Assembly (NCBI RefSeq): GCF_006345805.1
Contig: NC_043002.1
Coordinates: 69,688,001 to 69,752,000, forward strand
Direction of reading: 5' to 3'
Length of the DNA stretch: 64,000 nucleotides
Source of the DNA: Octopus sinensis
Taxonomy: Eukaryota
The notes beneath the pieces are model-generated. The model saw only the letters and a program-made list of their open reading frames with translations. It did not search any database and had not been told where the DNA came from. This document shows positions 38,759 through 52,372 of the stretch, one piece after another. The position numbers were made by a program, and so were the translations under genes. Numbering within the stretch: the first letter of the stretch is position 1; each line of letters starts with the position of its first letter.

Positions 38759-40085
38759 TATAGGAAGAAATAGAAGATGAGAATGCACTGAGAATAGTTA
38801 AGATACTTTTTATTATTATGTTTAAAAATTTAACTGGTTTCACAGTTTACTCTGATTTTCAAAAAGTTCAAATAGAATGACGTGACTTATGTCACAAGTG
38901 TCTTGCTTCTGACTGGTGTTTGAAGCTTGCCCTGTTTTTATAGGGAGTTCATGGCTCAAATTAGTATATATTTTGAATAGTATTTGATTGGAAGAGAATA
39001 GTCACATGGCTGGTCTTAGAAATTTTTGTCGGTTTTCCGCTACATCTGTGTGTTAGTTCCAAGTGACAATATTTGGCGTATTAAGTTAAGAATGACACAG
39101 TTAACTGAACAAGTCCAAATAATCAATACTCTGAATGTTTTCTGTCAAGTGTTTGTAGAGAATGAACACCTTCTGTACGTTTCCCGCTACGTCCGTGCAT
39201 TAGTGTCACGTAACAGTATATTTTATGCCGAAAAAGAAGGCTGACACGGTTGAGTGAACATGTTTAGCTATAACCAAGACACTCCAAATTTAGTCTGTGA
39301 GAGTGAATAGGAGTCGTTTGTATGTAGTCTAGAGACTAAAGTATAGGTTGTTAGCTCTGTAGATTCCTCATGATAAGTCGAAGAATGACTTTTGTGTGTG
39401 AAGTTATTTGTGTATCTGCTGTGTTAAAGTTTGTAAAATCTTGGTTTGTACTTTTGTATGAAAGTATTTTCTTTGTTTATTCGTGTTTCATCTGTGGTAT
39501 TCGCTTAACATAGGTAGAATGGGAAGACCTGGAATTTGGGAGACTTATTTTTTGCACATATCTGTCTAGTGCGGGGATCTCGTATTTGTTGTCGGTGAAT
39601 GGTCAGTCTATTTCTTAGAGTAAGCTTTGTTTGACCTGTGTAATATTCATTACATCATTAACATTTGATAGCGTATATTCAATTCTATGAACATGTAATG
39701 TGATTTTTTACGGTAAAAGTCAGTCCTGATTTGAATCTGTATGTTGTTTCTTCAATAAGGTTGATGCAGGTCCCGCAATTGGGGCAGCGGCATTTTTTGA
39801 CGTAGCGGGAAACCTGCAAAAATTTCTAAGACCAGTCATGTGACTATCCTCTAACAATCAAATCCTATTCAAAACATATACTAATTTGAGCTATGAAATC
39901 CCTATAAAAACAGGGCAAACTTCAAACACTAGTCAGAAGCAAGACAACTGCGACATAAGGCACGTTTTTCTGTTTGAGCCTTTTGAAAATCAGTGTGAAC
40001 TGTGAAACCGGTTAGGGCTTTAAATATATTAATAAAAAATATTTTAACTATTCTCAGTGCATTTTCAATTTCTACTTTTCCTATA
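38759..40085 (-). mobile_element. Penelope-like element: GIY-YIG endonuclease relic between ~287-bp inverted pLTR arms
   Basis: Minus strand ~39795-39410: KCRCPNCGTC..IYAIKC**CNEYYTGQT..LRNRLTIHRQQI..KENTFIQKYKP. Arms 38759-39046 / 39799-40085. Confidence 0.85.
39978..40018 (+). ncRNA. Degenerate hammerhead in the Penelope pLTR
   Basis: GCCTT-TTGAAAA-tCAG..CTGt-GAAA-CCGG-TT-AGGGC; two core substitutions relative to CTGAAGA; mirror copy at ~38832-38869. Confidence 0.5.
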
Positions 40086-41069
40086 CACACACACATATAC
40101 ACAGACACACACGCACACACACATATGTTGAAGTAGCATTCAACATATTTCAGTTGAGTTACATGTATTTGATAACAGTTTGACATAATTGCATATCACT
40201 TAGTTTTCAGGGACATAGGAGCCTTTCACTTTATTAGATTTGATATATATATCTTTAAATCTTTAAAGTGTTTCAGCTCTAAAGCTGCGGTCATGCTAGG
40301 GCACCACCACTGAAACAATTGGGCTCGTCCGGATATATATATATATATATATATACATGGATACAACTTCACTTCTGATATCTATATGTATGCATCCTTA
40401 TCTCTTCACACACGTTGATAAAGATACCTATGTTCATCCATACTTAAAGTACCGGTTAACTATCTGCCAGAGTAGTTCATGCAGATGTTTCCACATTAAT
40501 CTTGCTTTACTTTTTCCCAACATTTCTTACATTACTGGTAGACTTTGAGGAGAATGCCTCTTTATGCATATTTTGCTGTTGTTCTTGTAATTTTGATCGC
40601 CCTTTTTTTTGTTGTTATCGTTCTTAGAGCTGTTACTTTTTGACATCGTTGACATTAATATCCTTAAAATGCAGATTATGTTCCTGTTGTTGGCAATATT
40701 GATTGCATTTAAAGATGTTGAACTAAATCCATCAGTCAAAATTTAAGAGAAGAGACTAAAGGCAGTCAAAATGAAAGGTGAGTAGATTTACTGGAAAAGT
40801 GGGGGCAAAAATGGAATGAGAAGATTATAGAGAAAATGGCGAAGGAAATATGGAGTGCTAAAAGATACAAAGGAAAAGAGCAGGAGAAAAAGAAGGGAAG
40901 GAAAATATAAAAAAAGAAACAACGAAGAAAGAATGAAAAGGGGAAGATAAGGAACGACAGTATCAATGAACGAATGAAGGAAAGAAGGAAGGTTAGTTCT
41001 GATGAATTCGAAACATGACTTGTTTGAGAAGAGTAAAAATTTCAAGAAGGTAAATGAAGGAATCTCTCT

Positions 41070-41108
<39 letters not shown>

Positions 41109-41150
41109 TTCTCTCTACATTCTATCTACCCCCGGCCTTTCTCTTTCTAA

Positions 41151-41990
41151 CTGCTCCTTCAACTAAAATTGATGATATTACGTATGGGTTTCCAGCCTGC
41201 GCCAAGAAACCCATATGTGAAACCATCTTAGTTGAAGGAACAGTACTGAAAGCGGTGGACAAATTTGTCTGCTTGGGTAGCACGCTCAGCCGTTCTGGCT
41301 TCTTTGATGAAGAAATATATTTAAGACTTTAGAAGGCAACAAATTCCTTTAGGGCTCTTGAGTTTCGTGTCTGATACCAACATGGCATCAAAAGGCAAAC
41401 AAAAGTTGCTGCGTACTGTGCATGCGTGTTGATGTCGCTCTTTTACTCATGTGAGACATGAATAAAGTACAAGCGTCATATAAGGATCATTAGACGCTTC
41501 CACCAGAGATGTTTGAGACATATTCTGAATGTTGACTGGTCCAAGCGAACCCTATACAGTGTTCTTGGTGGGAGCCGTCATTGAGCATTGAAGCGATGGT
41601 GCACAATCATTGTTTATGAATGATCGAAAGAATCCTAAACAGATGCTCTACGGTGAACTTGTTTGTGAAAAAGCGCTCCCATTAGAAAGTGAGACTACGA
41701 ATTAAGGACTGTGTAAAGTCATCGTTGAAGGCATGTGACATATGGAAAGTAAAATGGGAAAGCAATGCTTATCATCGCCAACAATGGAAGAAACAAGTAA
41801 AGGAAGGAATAAGTATGCACTTTTTATGCTGAATTTACGTGAGCTGCTCCAAAAAGGTACCACCAGTGTAGCGGATGGGAGAAGATTGGTCTTCAGTATC
41901 TACGAATGTCTATATCTATCAGTAGCTGGGTTTGTTAGTCACCAGTGGAGCCACAAATGTAAAATATTATTTCACTTGAGTGCACAATAT
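41151..41990 (+). mobile_element. RTE-clade LINE 3' relic with a 5' fold-back
   Basis: QPAPRNPYV..VEGTVLKAVDKFVCLGSTLS..EEIYLRL..YSCET..RRFHQRCLRHIL; terminal degenerate C2H2-like SIYECLYLSVAGFVSHQWSH. Confidence 0.85.
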
Positions 41991-41999
41991 TTTTAATGA

Positions 42000-43083
42000 G
42001 CAATGATGGTACAAACACAGACACACAAACATACACACACACCACACACACACATACACACACACACACACCACACACACACGCACACACACACACACAC
42101 ACATATATATATACGACGGGCTTCTTTCAGTTTCCGTCTACCAAATCCACTCACAAGGCGTTGGTCGGCCCGAGGATATAGTAGAAGACACTTGCCCAAG
42201 GTGCCACGCAGTGGGACTGAACCCGGAACCATGTGGTTGGTAAGGAAGCTACTTACCACACAGCCACTCCTACGCCTAAACTATGCCTGAAAAAAAAAAA
42301 GAAAAGATAGGGTAGTCATCATTGAACTGCCTTTGATTTAGAGCTGTTCGATCGTGACTAACATGGAACTTAAGAATTAAAAGGGATATTTTTGTTGAAA
42401 ACCTTTTATTTTTACCATTGTGGTGTCATTGTTCTTATAATGATCCTTGTGATATCCTTGCTGTTCTAGTGTCGTCAACACTCTTAACAATGATATCATT
42501 ATCAAAGTGATACTATTAGAACCATAGATACGTGGTACAATGAATTCGAGATTTATGGTATCGCAATAATCGAGACGGAATATTGTAATCGAAAGCAGAA
42601 AACGGACTCGGTTTAAGTAGTTTTCTCTCAGTGGCTCTCCATCGGAGTCCATTTAATTCTTGGGGATCCATATCAGATTTTTAGGCGTAGAAGTGGCTGT
42701 GTGGTAAGTAGCTTGGTTAAGAACCACATGGTTCCGGGTTCATTCCCAATGCATGGCACCTTGGGCAAGTGTCTTCTACAATAGCCTCGGGCAGACCAAA
42801 GCCTTGTGAGTGTAAACTGAAAGAAGCCCGTCGTATACATGTATATATACATATGTATGTGTATGTGTTTGTGTGTCTGTGTTTGTACCCCCCACCAACA
42901 GCTTGACAACCAATGCTGGTGTGTTTACGTCCCCGTAACCTAGCGGTTCGGCAAAAGACACCGATAGAATAAGTACCAGGCTAACAAAGAATAAGTCCTG
43001 GGGTCGATTTGCTCGACTAAAGGCGGTGCTCCAGCATGGCCACAGTCAAATGACAAGTAAAAGAGTAAAAGAGAGTAAAGAGC
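42000..43083. mobile_element. SINE family A copies: 42000-42277(-) and 42684-43083(+)
   Basis: Family A motifs in opposite orientations. Confidence 0.88.
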
Positions 43084-44144
43084 AATAAATTGGTTGCTCT
43101 TCTATGATACACAAAACATTTTAACATTTATTTTATACAATTTCTAATAATATTAAATTACAAAAATACAATACAGTTTTTTTAAAACAGTGAATAGCTG
43201 TGGCGGTCCACCGGAGTGAAACAAGAATCAAAGGGATCCATGGGGGGGAAAATCGTTGAAAACCACTGTCGTAGCCGATCAGTTATGTCTAATATACACG
43301 TCTAATGTTGCTTATTTAAAACGGCAATACTGCAGAGTGGAAGAAAGACCTCAGGGCATTATAGTTTTCATTTCGATCCTCTATGTCTAAGTCAGAATTC
43401 CGTTAAGAATAGACTTTGCTTTTGATCCTCTTCGGATTTGATAAAATGTATAGCATGCTTGCACATCTCGACCCTACAAATGATTGGCCTTGTGACAGTG
43501 TATAAAAGCACGATGTTTTTAAGGTGACCTACGTGGTAGAGCGCAGACTATAGAATCATGCAAGTATTAGTTACTTCGTTTACGTTGTGAGTCTTAAATT
43601 CTGCCATCTTGACGGAGTGAATTTTCCGTCCATCCCTCTGGAGACCGATAAAAAGTACATACATACTAGAAACATACTGCCGTCCATTCAATCGTCTACG
43701 CAGCCCATGCAGCATCGCTTACTAAATGAAGCCTTGTGCTTTTGTAAAAAATAAATAGATAACTTATTTTAGATTAAAAAAAAAAGTCTGAAGTAATTTT
43801 ATCCTTAAGAAAATATCGTTCAAAACTCCCTCAAGACTCAGCACAACTGCTTAGCAATTCTTTCTTACCAGCTAACTTTGTTACATAATATCTGATATTT
43901 AATATTCCCTAAATTTTCGTACGACAGACAGAATTTTAAGTTTGCAGACTTGACACTTTTTCGCGAAATCATACCAGTATTTCAATTTTTTTTTCTTCTT
44001 CTAATTTTGATATATTTTCTTTTAGTGTCGTTTTCTTTCTTTCTTTCCTTTTTACTTTTTTTCTTTCCTACATTTTATCGTTTCCACTTTTTTTATAACC
44101 CTCTCTTACATTTATAGTCTTTGAATTTGTGTTATTATATCTGC

Positions 44145-44181
<37 letters not shown>

Positions 44182-44189
44182 ACATACAC

Positions 44190-44222
<33 letters not shown>

Positions 44223-44231
44223 TACACACAC

Positions 44232-44284
<53 letters not shown>

Positions 44285-44486
44285 CTATAATTACAACAAG
44301 TTTTCTTTCGTTCAATTTTTCCTTTCATTCTATCTTTCCGCTTGGCCTTTCCTTCTGATACCTACAAATTTCCATTCAAAATTTATCCTTTCTTTCTCTG
44401 TTCTATTTCGTCCATTTTCTTCTTTTCCTGAATCTGTCTATCTATTTGTCAGTCTGTCTCTTTCTGTATATGTGTTTGTGGATGTA

Positions 44487-44597
44487 CAGTAATCCCTTGA
44501 CTAGCGCGGCTGTTACGTTCCAAAACCCCGCCGCGATAAGTGAAAATCCGCGAAACAGAAACAGTACTGTACAGTATGTATATATATAATATATATA

Positions 44598-44629
<32 letters not shown>

Positions 44630-44819
44630 GTCAGTCGCCATGATAGATCGTTAGCCACTACACACATTTTTTTCTCTCCTTGTTTTTTCTGTGTCCCTTT
44701 CTGTAGAAGAGCGTAGGCTCGAAACGTAAAAGGCTTTTTCTATTCCTGAGCGTTATGCTAATACATCTGTTTGTTTTGTACACCACCTGTCTTCGTCTTT
44801 TGTTTTTTTCGTAAACTCT

Positions 44820-44862
<43 letters not shown>

Positions 44863-44958
44863 CATTTTTATAATTTGTATATATCTATTTTATTATAAAT
44901 GCAAAACGACACTACAGAGGAAACGATAGGTGAACCGCGATATGGTGAGGGACTACTG
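44487..44958. mobile_element. Tigger/pogo-like MITE with a nested pLTR-like insert (~44630-44825)
   Basis: TA|CAGTAATCCC..GGGACTACTG|TA; the insert sits between (TA)n tracts and ends CTCCCTA(TA)n. Confidence 0.8.
44696..44733 (+). ncRNA. Hammerhead-like variant
   Basis: CCTTT-CTGTAGAA-GAGC-gtag-GCTC-GAAA-CG-TA-AAAGG: perfect stems I and II, palindromic ACGT stem III, non-canonical core. Confidence 0.45.
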
Positions 44959-44991
44959 TATATATGTATATACCTACATACACATACTCTT

Positions 44992-45224
44992 TTACTCTTT
45001 TTCTTGTTTCAGTCATTTGACTGCGGTCATGCTGGAGCACCTCCTTTTAGTCGAGCAAATCGACCTCAGTACGTATTCTTTGGAAGCTTAGTACTTATTC
45101 TATCCGCCCCTTTTGCCGAATCGCTAAGTTACGGCGACGTAAACGCATCAGCATCGGTTGTCAAGCGATGTTGGGAGGAGAAACACAAGCATACAAACTA
45201 TATATACACCACATACATACATAC

Positions 45225-45290
<66 letters not shown>

Positions 45291-45440
45291 GACGGGCTTC
45301 TTTTAGTTTCCGCTCACCAAATCCACTCACAAGGCTTTGGTCGGCCCGAGGCTACAGTAGAAGACACTTGCCCAAGGTGCCACACAGTGGGAATGAACTC
45401 GGAATCATGCTGTTGGTAAGGAAGCTACTTACTACACAGT
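44992..45440 (-). mobile_element. SINE family A, full length
   Basis: Family A motifs. Confidence 0.9.
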
Positions 45441-45990
45441 CACGCACGCACATACACACACACACATACATACATACATACATACATACATACATACATA
45501 CATACATACATACATACATACATGCATACATACATACATGCATACATACACACACACATACATACATACATACATACATGCATACATACACACACATACA
45601 TACATACATACATACACACACATACATACATACATACATACATACATACATGCATACATACACACACATACATACATACATACATACATACATACATACA
45701 TACATGCATACGCACATACATACATACATGCATGCATACATACATACATACATACATACATACATACATACATACATACATACATGCATACGCACATACA
45801 TACATACATACATACATACATACATACATACATACATGCATACGCACATACATACATACATGCATGCATACATACATACATACATACATACATACATACA
45901 TACATACATACATACATGCATACGCACATACATACATACATACATACATACATACATACATACATACATACATACATACATACATACATA
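45440..45990. repeat. (TACA)n-variant array of about 550 bp
   Basis: Visible directly; includes a duplicated 132-bp unit. Confidence 0.95.
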
Positions 45991-46135
45991 AGCTGAGAAG
46001 TTACATGAGTGAGTCAAGTTCCTAAAGTTTCTTTCCAAGACTTGTTTAAATTCTTCGACACGAAACTCTATGGCCTTGAATCATTCCTAATGCTTCCCAT
46101 TTAATAAACATCTCTATCCGTCTGTCTGTCTAAAG

Positions 46136-46390
<255 letters not shown>

Positions 46391-49300
46391 GATGCAAATG
46401 CCTCAGAGACCTGCTCAGACGCTTTCAACTGTCTGACAGGTTTCGACTAGACCACCCGAATGCGCCAACGTGGACATGGAGCAACCGCATCGGGTCGTCG
46501 AGATCGTATCTAGATAGGATACTGTGTAGGACAGTAGATAGAGATAGCATAGGATGTCCACAATTCCACATAGTCAGCTACAGGATCACAAACTTGTGAC
46601 TGTACGCTAGACTTAGGTAAGCACTTAGGCAGGGTCCCGGATACTGGAAACTAAACGCGTCTTCCATCGAGACAAGTTTTCAGAGACGCGGATTAGCACA
46701 CTAGTAAAGAGGGCTTTGACGGGAGCCATCATCAACAACAAATGGTGGTTTGCCCTCAAGAGAGCAGTAAAAGCAGAAGCGATTAGGTACAGCAAAGCAC
46801 TAGCCATAGATAGAAATAGAGTAGAGGGTGCTAGTTAAGAAGCTAGAAGAGGCAATTAGAAGCGGCATCGCATCCGACGTTTTGGCGGCCGAGTTGGCCC
46901 TCGACCAACACACTTCAACGCAAACACGAAGGATGTGCTGTCAGAGCTAGGCTGCGTGCTCTAAGGAACGAAGGTGTTGGAGCCGCGAGAGAGGCCCGGG
47001 TGGCAGAGGCGCACAGGGCAACAAAGCCACCATTCGGTATTCGGTCACTGGTATGAACAGGGCGCGATTGCTCGAGCCAAGTAAAATGTGTGAGGCCTTT
47101 CAGCAGCATTTGCCCGACTGTTCGGAACGAGTGGAGGGCAAGAACGTAGGGTGGACTTCAGTGCCTACCTACATAGCCTACCACGACTCTCGACAAGAAA
47201 GCAGGGTGCTGCGAAGGTGCATCACGGCGGCGGAAGTGCGGGAACGCTGGCAGAATGCTCGAGGGACAAATCACCGGGTTTGGATGGTCTACCCTACGAG
47301 CTTTACAATTGTATGCCAGACTTGTTTGGAGATCTCTTGGCGGCGGTGTACTGCAACTGGCAGCAAAACGGGAGCATTCCTGGTTTTGTGAGCCGAGGAG
47401 CAGTAACACTGCTGAAGAAAGATCTAAACAAGGGAAATGTAATAGATAACTTTAGGCCCATCACTCTGCTTAATGCAGACTTGAAATTTTGGCCAAGGTG
47501 CTAGCCAAGAGGTTGGCGCTTGTCATCAGAGAAACTGGTCGACAAGGCGCAAAACATGCGCCGTGCCAGGCCGACCATCCATGACAACCTCCATCTGATG
47601 CGCTACTCATAGACAGGGTAGTTAACGAACCTGGCATGGGTGGGGCCCCTGATCAACTTGGATCAATCAAAAGCCTTTGATAGGGTAGACAATCGATACT
47701 TGGAGGCAGTCCTGAGAGCGGCTGGTTTCGGTCCCGTCTTCCGCGGCTGATAGCTGCCTTGTACAGAGGCATCCGTTCGGTAATTCGCGTAAATGGACAT
47801 CTATCGAGACCTTTCGACATTGCACGTTCGTTCCGTCAGGGATGCCCCCTCTCGGCGCTTCTATACGTATTGACTCTTGAGCCACTACTGCGGAAGCTGG
47901 CGACTCTAAGGGATCCGCGCGAGAATTGGGATGCGGGACGAGCGTGTCTGCTACGCGGACGACGTCACCGTCATAGTGTCTAGCCACGAGCACATCGAGC
48001 TGGTCGGCGAGACACTGCAACTACGAAGAAGCGTGACATGGAGCGAAAATCAACCGGGAAAAGTCAGTGGGCCTTGCGACTAGGCACCTGGAGAAACAAG
48101 CCCATGCGTCCACCAGCGCCTCCGTCGTGGACGCTGGACCGACGGCCCGGTTGAGTTGCTCGGGTCTGGTTTGGGTCCGGACCTCCAAGTGGAAAGAACT
48201 TAACGAGATAACGAGTAGGGTGGTCACTCTCGCCCGGCAATGGGCCGAGAGGAAACTGTCCCTAAAAGGTCGAGCGGAGGTGGCGAACACGTACATCGCG
48301 TCCGTCATCTATACCGCCTGACCGTCGTACCTTGTCCCGACCCTACCATCACCAAACTACAACGCATCCTCTTTCGCTTCTTGTGGAAAGGATGGTCGTC
48401 CGATGGTCAGGCGATCCATTTGCTGTCAACACCCGTTTAAAGGAGGGCTGGGCATGCCGTGGTTGATGATGCGCAGACACGCGCTGAGACTGCGACATCT
48501 CTGGCTCTATGTAGACGACGGTGAACAGGTGTGGTCGCCGTTTGTGAGGCACGCTTCCCGCAGCTCGTCTCCATGACCGAACTGCAGTCGTGGATCAAAA
48601 AGAGGCCGAGGAAGGGCGAATGGCACCGCGCAGTGTCGCGTTGCTCTCAAGCAACTCTGCCGTCCTGGGTCGACCTTCAGGACTTCAAACAACCAAAGCA
48701 TTCTATAGGGGTTTAGTGGAGGGGAGGTACGACGACGAGCTCGGGGCGAACCTGGATCGTGACGAGAGTACCTGACCCGCCTTTCGGGGACGACTTCGGG
48801 CCAGGGCCCATGGACAACTTCCAGAGATCCCTGTCCTGGCAGTGCTACCGAGAAGCGCTACCCGTTCGGGGATAAGCTCTACAGACACGGCTCGAGAAAC
48901 ACGGGGCCGACCTGCCCGAGATGCGGTCAGAGCGACGAAACCGTTCTGCACGCACTCGTTCAGTGTCCAACAATTTCCGACCTGTGGGCTTATGTCGAAC
49001 AACTGCTGTCACGTGTGGGAGAGTCGGTTTATCAGCTGAGTCTATCGTTCAATATTGTCACGCCTCCTTCCTTCAAACGGGAAGGAAGAGCTATTTTCAT
49101 CATCCTTGTGGCTATGGCGAAAGAATGTATCTGGTGGACGCGTCTCTGAAAGGATTGGAGACAAACACTTTCCTCTCTGGTCATCTCTCATCAACTTCTT
49201 CAAGTACCACTTGAAAAGGAAAGTGAGAGTAGAGAGGCAAGTTTTGTCTAGCGAATTTTTTTAAAAAAAGATGGGGTGAATGTAGCAAGAATGGCACGTA

Positions 49301-49728
49301 TGAATGACGAAGCCACCTTGAGCATAGTCCATGACCCAACAGAAATCGAAAACAGAGAGTTGAGTTGCTTATGCAAAAAAAAAAAAAAAAAAAAAAATAT
49401 AAAATGTGACTTCATTGACCGGGTTACCGTGGTCTTTTCCGCAGGCTTTTTTTCCACGGGTAAACCTCACCTGTCCTCCCCTTTACACTTCATATTGACA
49501 TTTCTGTGATAACGATCCCTATTGATCATTTTTTTTCCTCTCCCCCCCCCTTTTTTTTTTTTTTAACCCCCCTTATTTTTGTCCACTTTCTCTCCTTTTA
49601 CGATCCTTTTGATCGAACCTCCCCCTTCCTTTTTTTTTTTTTTTTTTTTTTTTTTAATACCTTCAAAGAAAAGCTCTACCTTGTAATTTGTTCTATCTGT
49701 GTGCAGCCCTGTGTGGCTAATAAAGAAC
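46391..49728 (+). mobile_element. Tx1/L1-clade LINE C: 5'-truncated ORF2 pseudogene (EN C-terminus, RT, zf-RVT) with 3' UTR
   Basis: SRSYLDRIL; KSPGLDGLPYELY; NFRPITLLNAD; LDQSKAFDRVD; RQGCPLSALLY; YADD at 47952-63; CPRCGQSDETVLHALVQC; AATAAA at 49719. Many frameshifts. Confidence 0.95.
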
Positions 49729-49729
49729 A

Positions 49730-49753
49730 TACTACTACTACCCTACCTACTAC

Positions 49754-49795
<42 letters not shown>

Positions 49796-49972
49796 CCTAC
49801 CTAACCTACCTACCTACCTACCTACCTACCTACCTACCTACCTATCTATCTTCTATCTATCTATCTATCTATCCTACCTACCTACCTACCTACCTACCAC
49901 CTACCTATCTATCTATCTATCTATCTATCTCTATCTATCTTCTATCTACCTACCTACCTACTACCGACCTAC

Positions 49973-50015
<43 letters not shown>

Positions 50016-50028
50016 AAATTATCTATCA

Positions 50029-50076
<48 letters not shown>

Positions 50077-50100
50077 GTCTATCTATCTATATATATATCT
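49730..50100. repeat. Compound (CTAT)/(CTAC) microsatellite
   Basis: Visible directly; abuts the LINE 3' end. Confidence 0.95.
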
Positions 50101-50439
50101 GTGTGAGTATGTTTCGTACACACCAACGCAGACACACAGACGTACATACCTATATGCATACATACACATATGTATATACATGCATAATACATATGCGTAT
50201 ATGTATTTATATGTGTGTGTGTATGTGTGCATGTTTTGTTTGTCCGTCTTCCTGTCTGCCTTTCTATATTTTCCTGTTCGTCCCTGTAGCCTCACACCCT
50301 TTCTATCCCCCCCTCTCTCTTTCTGTTTTTCCTTCTTTTCTTCCTTCTTTATTTTCTTCACCATGGCTGACGAAAGAACTATCCTTTTCCTTATCTAAAC
50401 CTTGGGAGATGGCAGGCGTCTTTATTTTTCCGTGGTATG

Positions 50440-51280
50440 TCATCCACGCACACACACACACACATACACACACACACACACATACACACACACACACACA
50501 TGCACGCACACAGACACACACATACACAGACACACACACACATGCACGCACAAACACATGCATACACACATACATGCATACACATACACACACATGCATA
50601 CACAGAGACACATGCACTCAGAAACACACTCATCGAAACGCGTACACACATACATGCACACACACACACACACACACGTACACACACACACACGTACACA
50701 CACACACACGTACACATAAACAAAACACACACACACACGCGTACACATAAACAAAACACACACACACAGACGCATCCCTACACACAATGCCATCCTATGA
50801 TACATACACAATAAAACCTAGACACTTACCTCTTGGGCATACTTATTCTTTCTTACACACACAAGCACACACACACACCACACACACACACACACACGCA
50901 CACGCACACGCACACACGTGTATATATGATCGCAAATACAGAATTATCTCTACATATACACACGCTCTTACAAACAGATACAGCCCCACCATACATACAG
51001 AAAAAGGAAAAATGCCTGCGCTTCATAAAACACACACACACACACACAAGCACATATACAAGCACACACGCTCACACACACAAAAACATAAACTCATATG
51101 CAAGCACACATATACAGACACGTACGCGCGCGCGCGTAGTATCGTCCCTTCACAAACATACATTCATAGACACAAATTCAGTCCCTTCATTACACATACA
51201 ACCACAAAAATCACCCTTACCTCTTCTCACTCTCTTTTCCCTTTCTCCCTCGTGTATGCACAAGTAAAGTCTTCTCTCAC

Positions 51281-51330
<50 letters not shown>
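50440..51330. repeat. Degenerate (CA)n-rich low-complexity region
   Basis: Visible directly; source of the HT/CV ORFs. Confidence 0.9.
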
Positions 51331-51334
<4 letters not shown>

Positions 51335-51600
51335 CCAACATCACGTAGGAGTAGCCCTGATTGTTTTAAGTAACCTATATAGCCACAAGTCTAGTGTTTC
51401 GTTTTAAAAATCTGAACAATTTGTTATCACACCAGCAAATTAAGACTTACACGTCGGCGAACGCTGTTATTGTGCACATACATTACACACAAAAGCCCAT
51501 ACACCGATGAATGCGTAAACTCATACACATCAGGCGCATGAAGCTACATACACAAGCGTGTTTGTGTGTTTCTGTGTGTTTATAAGTGTGTTTGTGTAAA

Positions 51601-51650
<50 letters not shown>

Positions 51651-52045
51651 TGTGAGTTTGGTTTTATGCGTAGATGTTATTCTAAGTTTCACTTTCCCGA
51701 TTCTCTGAAACGTGAGACTTTGATCCGATATCCGTCGGTGGCTTCGATGATGCTGTTGGTCTGAGCTTTCACAAAGACTTCAGAGTTAGTGATGTAATCT
51801 TATTAAAAATTCATTCATAACTAACCGCAGCTTCAGTAGTGTGCGAAACATTTCTTCTCTCTCTCTCTCTCTCTCTCTCTCTTGCACATACACACAGTGC
51901 CGTCTTCAGGCGTGTGCTCACTGGGCAGTTGTTGCCCGAGGGCGTCACACGTCTAAGGACACATTTCTGATCTGTATGTTGTGAGTTACTGTCAATAAAC
52001 AAATGTTACAGAACCAAGGGCCTGTAATATTGTTAAGACGACTCT

Positions 52046-52082
<37 letters not shown>

Positions 52083-52134
52083 TATACACTTCGCATATAC
52101 ACGCATCAATAAATAAATAAAAAAAGTTCCTTCT

Positions 52135-52372
52135 GGAGTCATGCCAGGCTCATAAGGGCCGGTTTCCCGGTTTCAGTGACGTAGAAATTCCCTACCTGGA
52201 CGGGACGCCGGTCTGTCACAGAATTACTCATTTTTGCCTTCTGAGTGGACTAGAGCAACATGAAATGAAGTGTTTTGCTCAAGAACACAACGCATCGACC
52301 GGTCCAGGAATCGAAACCACAACCTTATGATCATGAGTTGAACACCCTAACCACTAAACCATGCGCCTCCAC
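52135..52372 (-). mobile_element. tRNA-derived SINE family D
   Basis: Minus-strand head GGAGGCGCATGGTTTAGTGGTTAGG..GGTTTCGATTCC (A and B boxes); related copies at ~53590-53830(+) and ~60950-61100(-). Confidence 0.8.

Noticed and set aside
40990-41020. CTGATGA-attc-GAAACATGAC
   Set aside because: The U16.1 position is A and stem I does not pair.
42377-42652. 91-aa ORF in unique-looking sequence
   Set aside because: No recognisable motif; I cannot support a product.
45158-46038. Stacked 150-277 aa ORFs
   Set aside because: (TACA)n lacks stop codons in several frames.
49506-51407. 414-aa and 206-aa ORFs
   Set aside because: They run through LINE UTR and CTAT/CA microsatellites.
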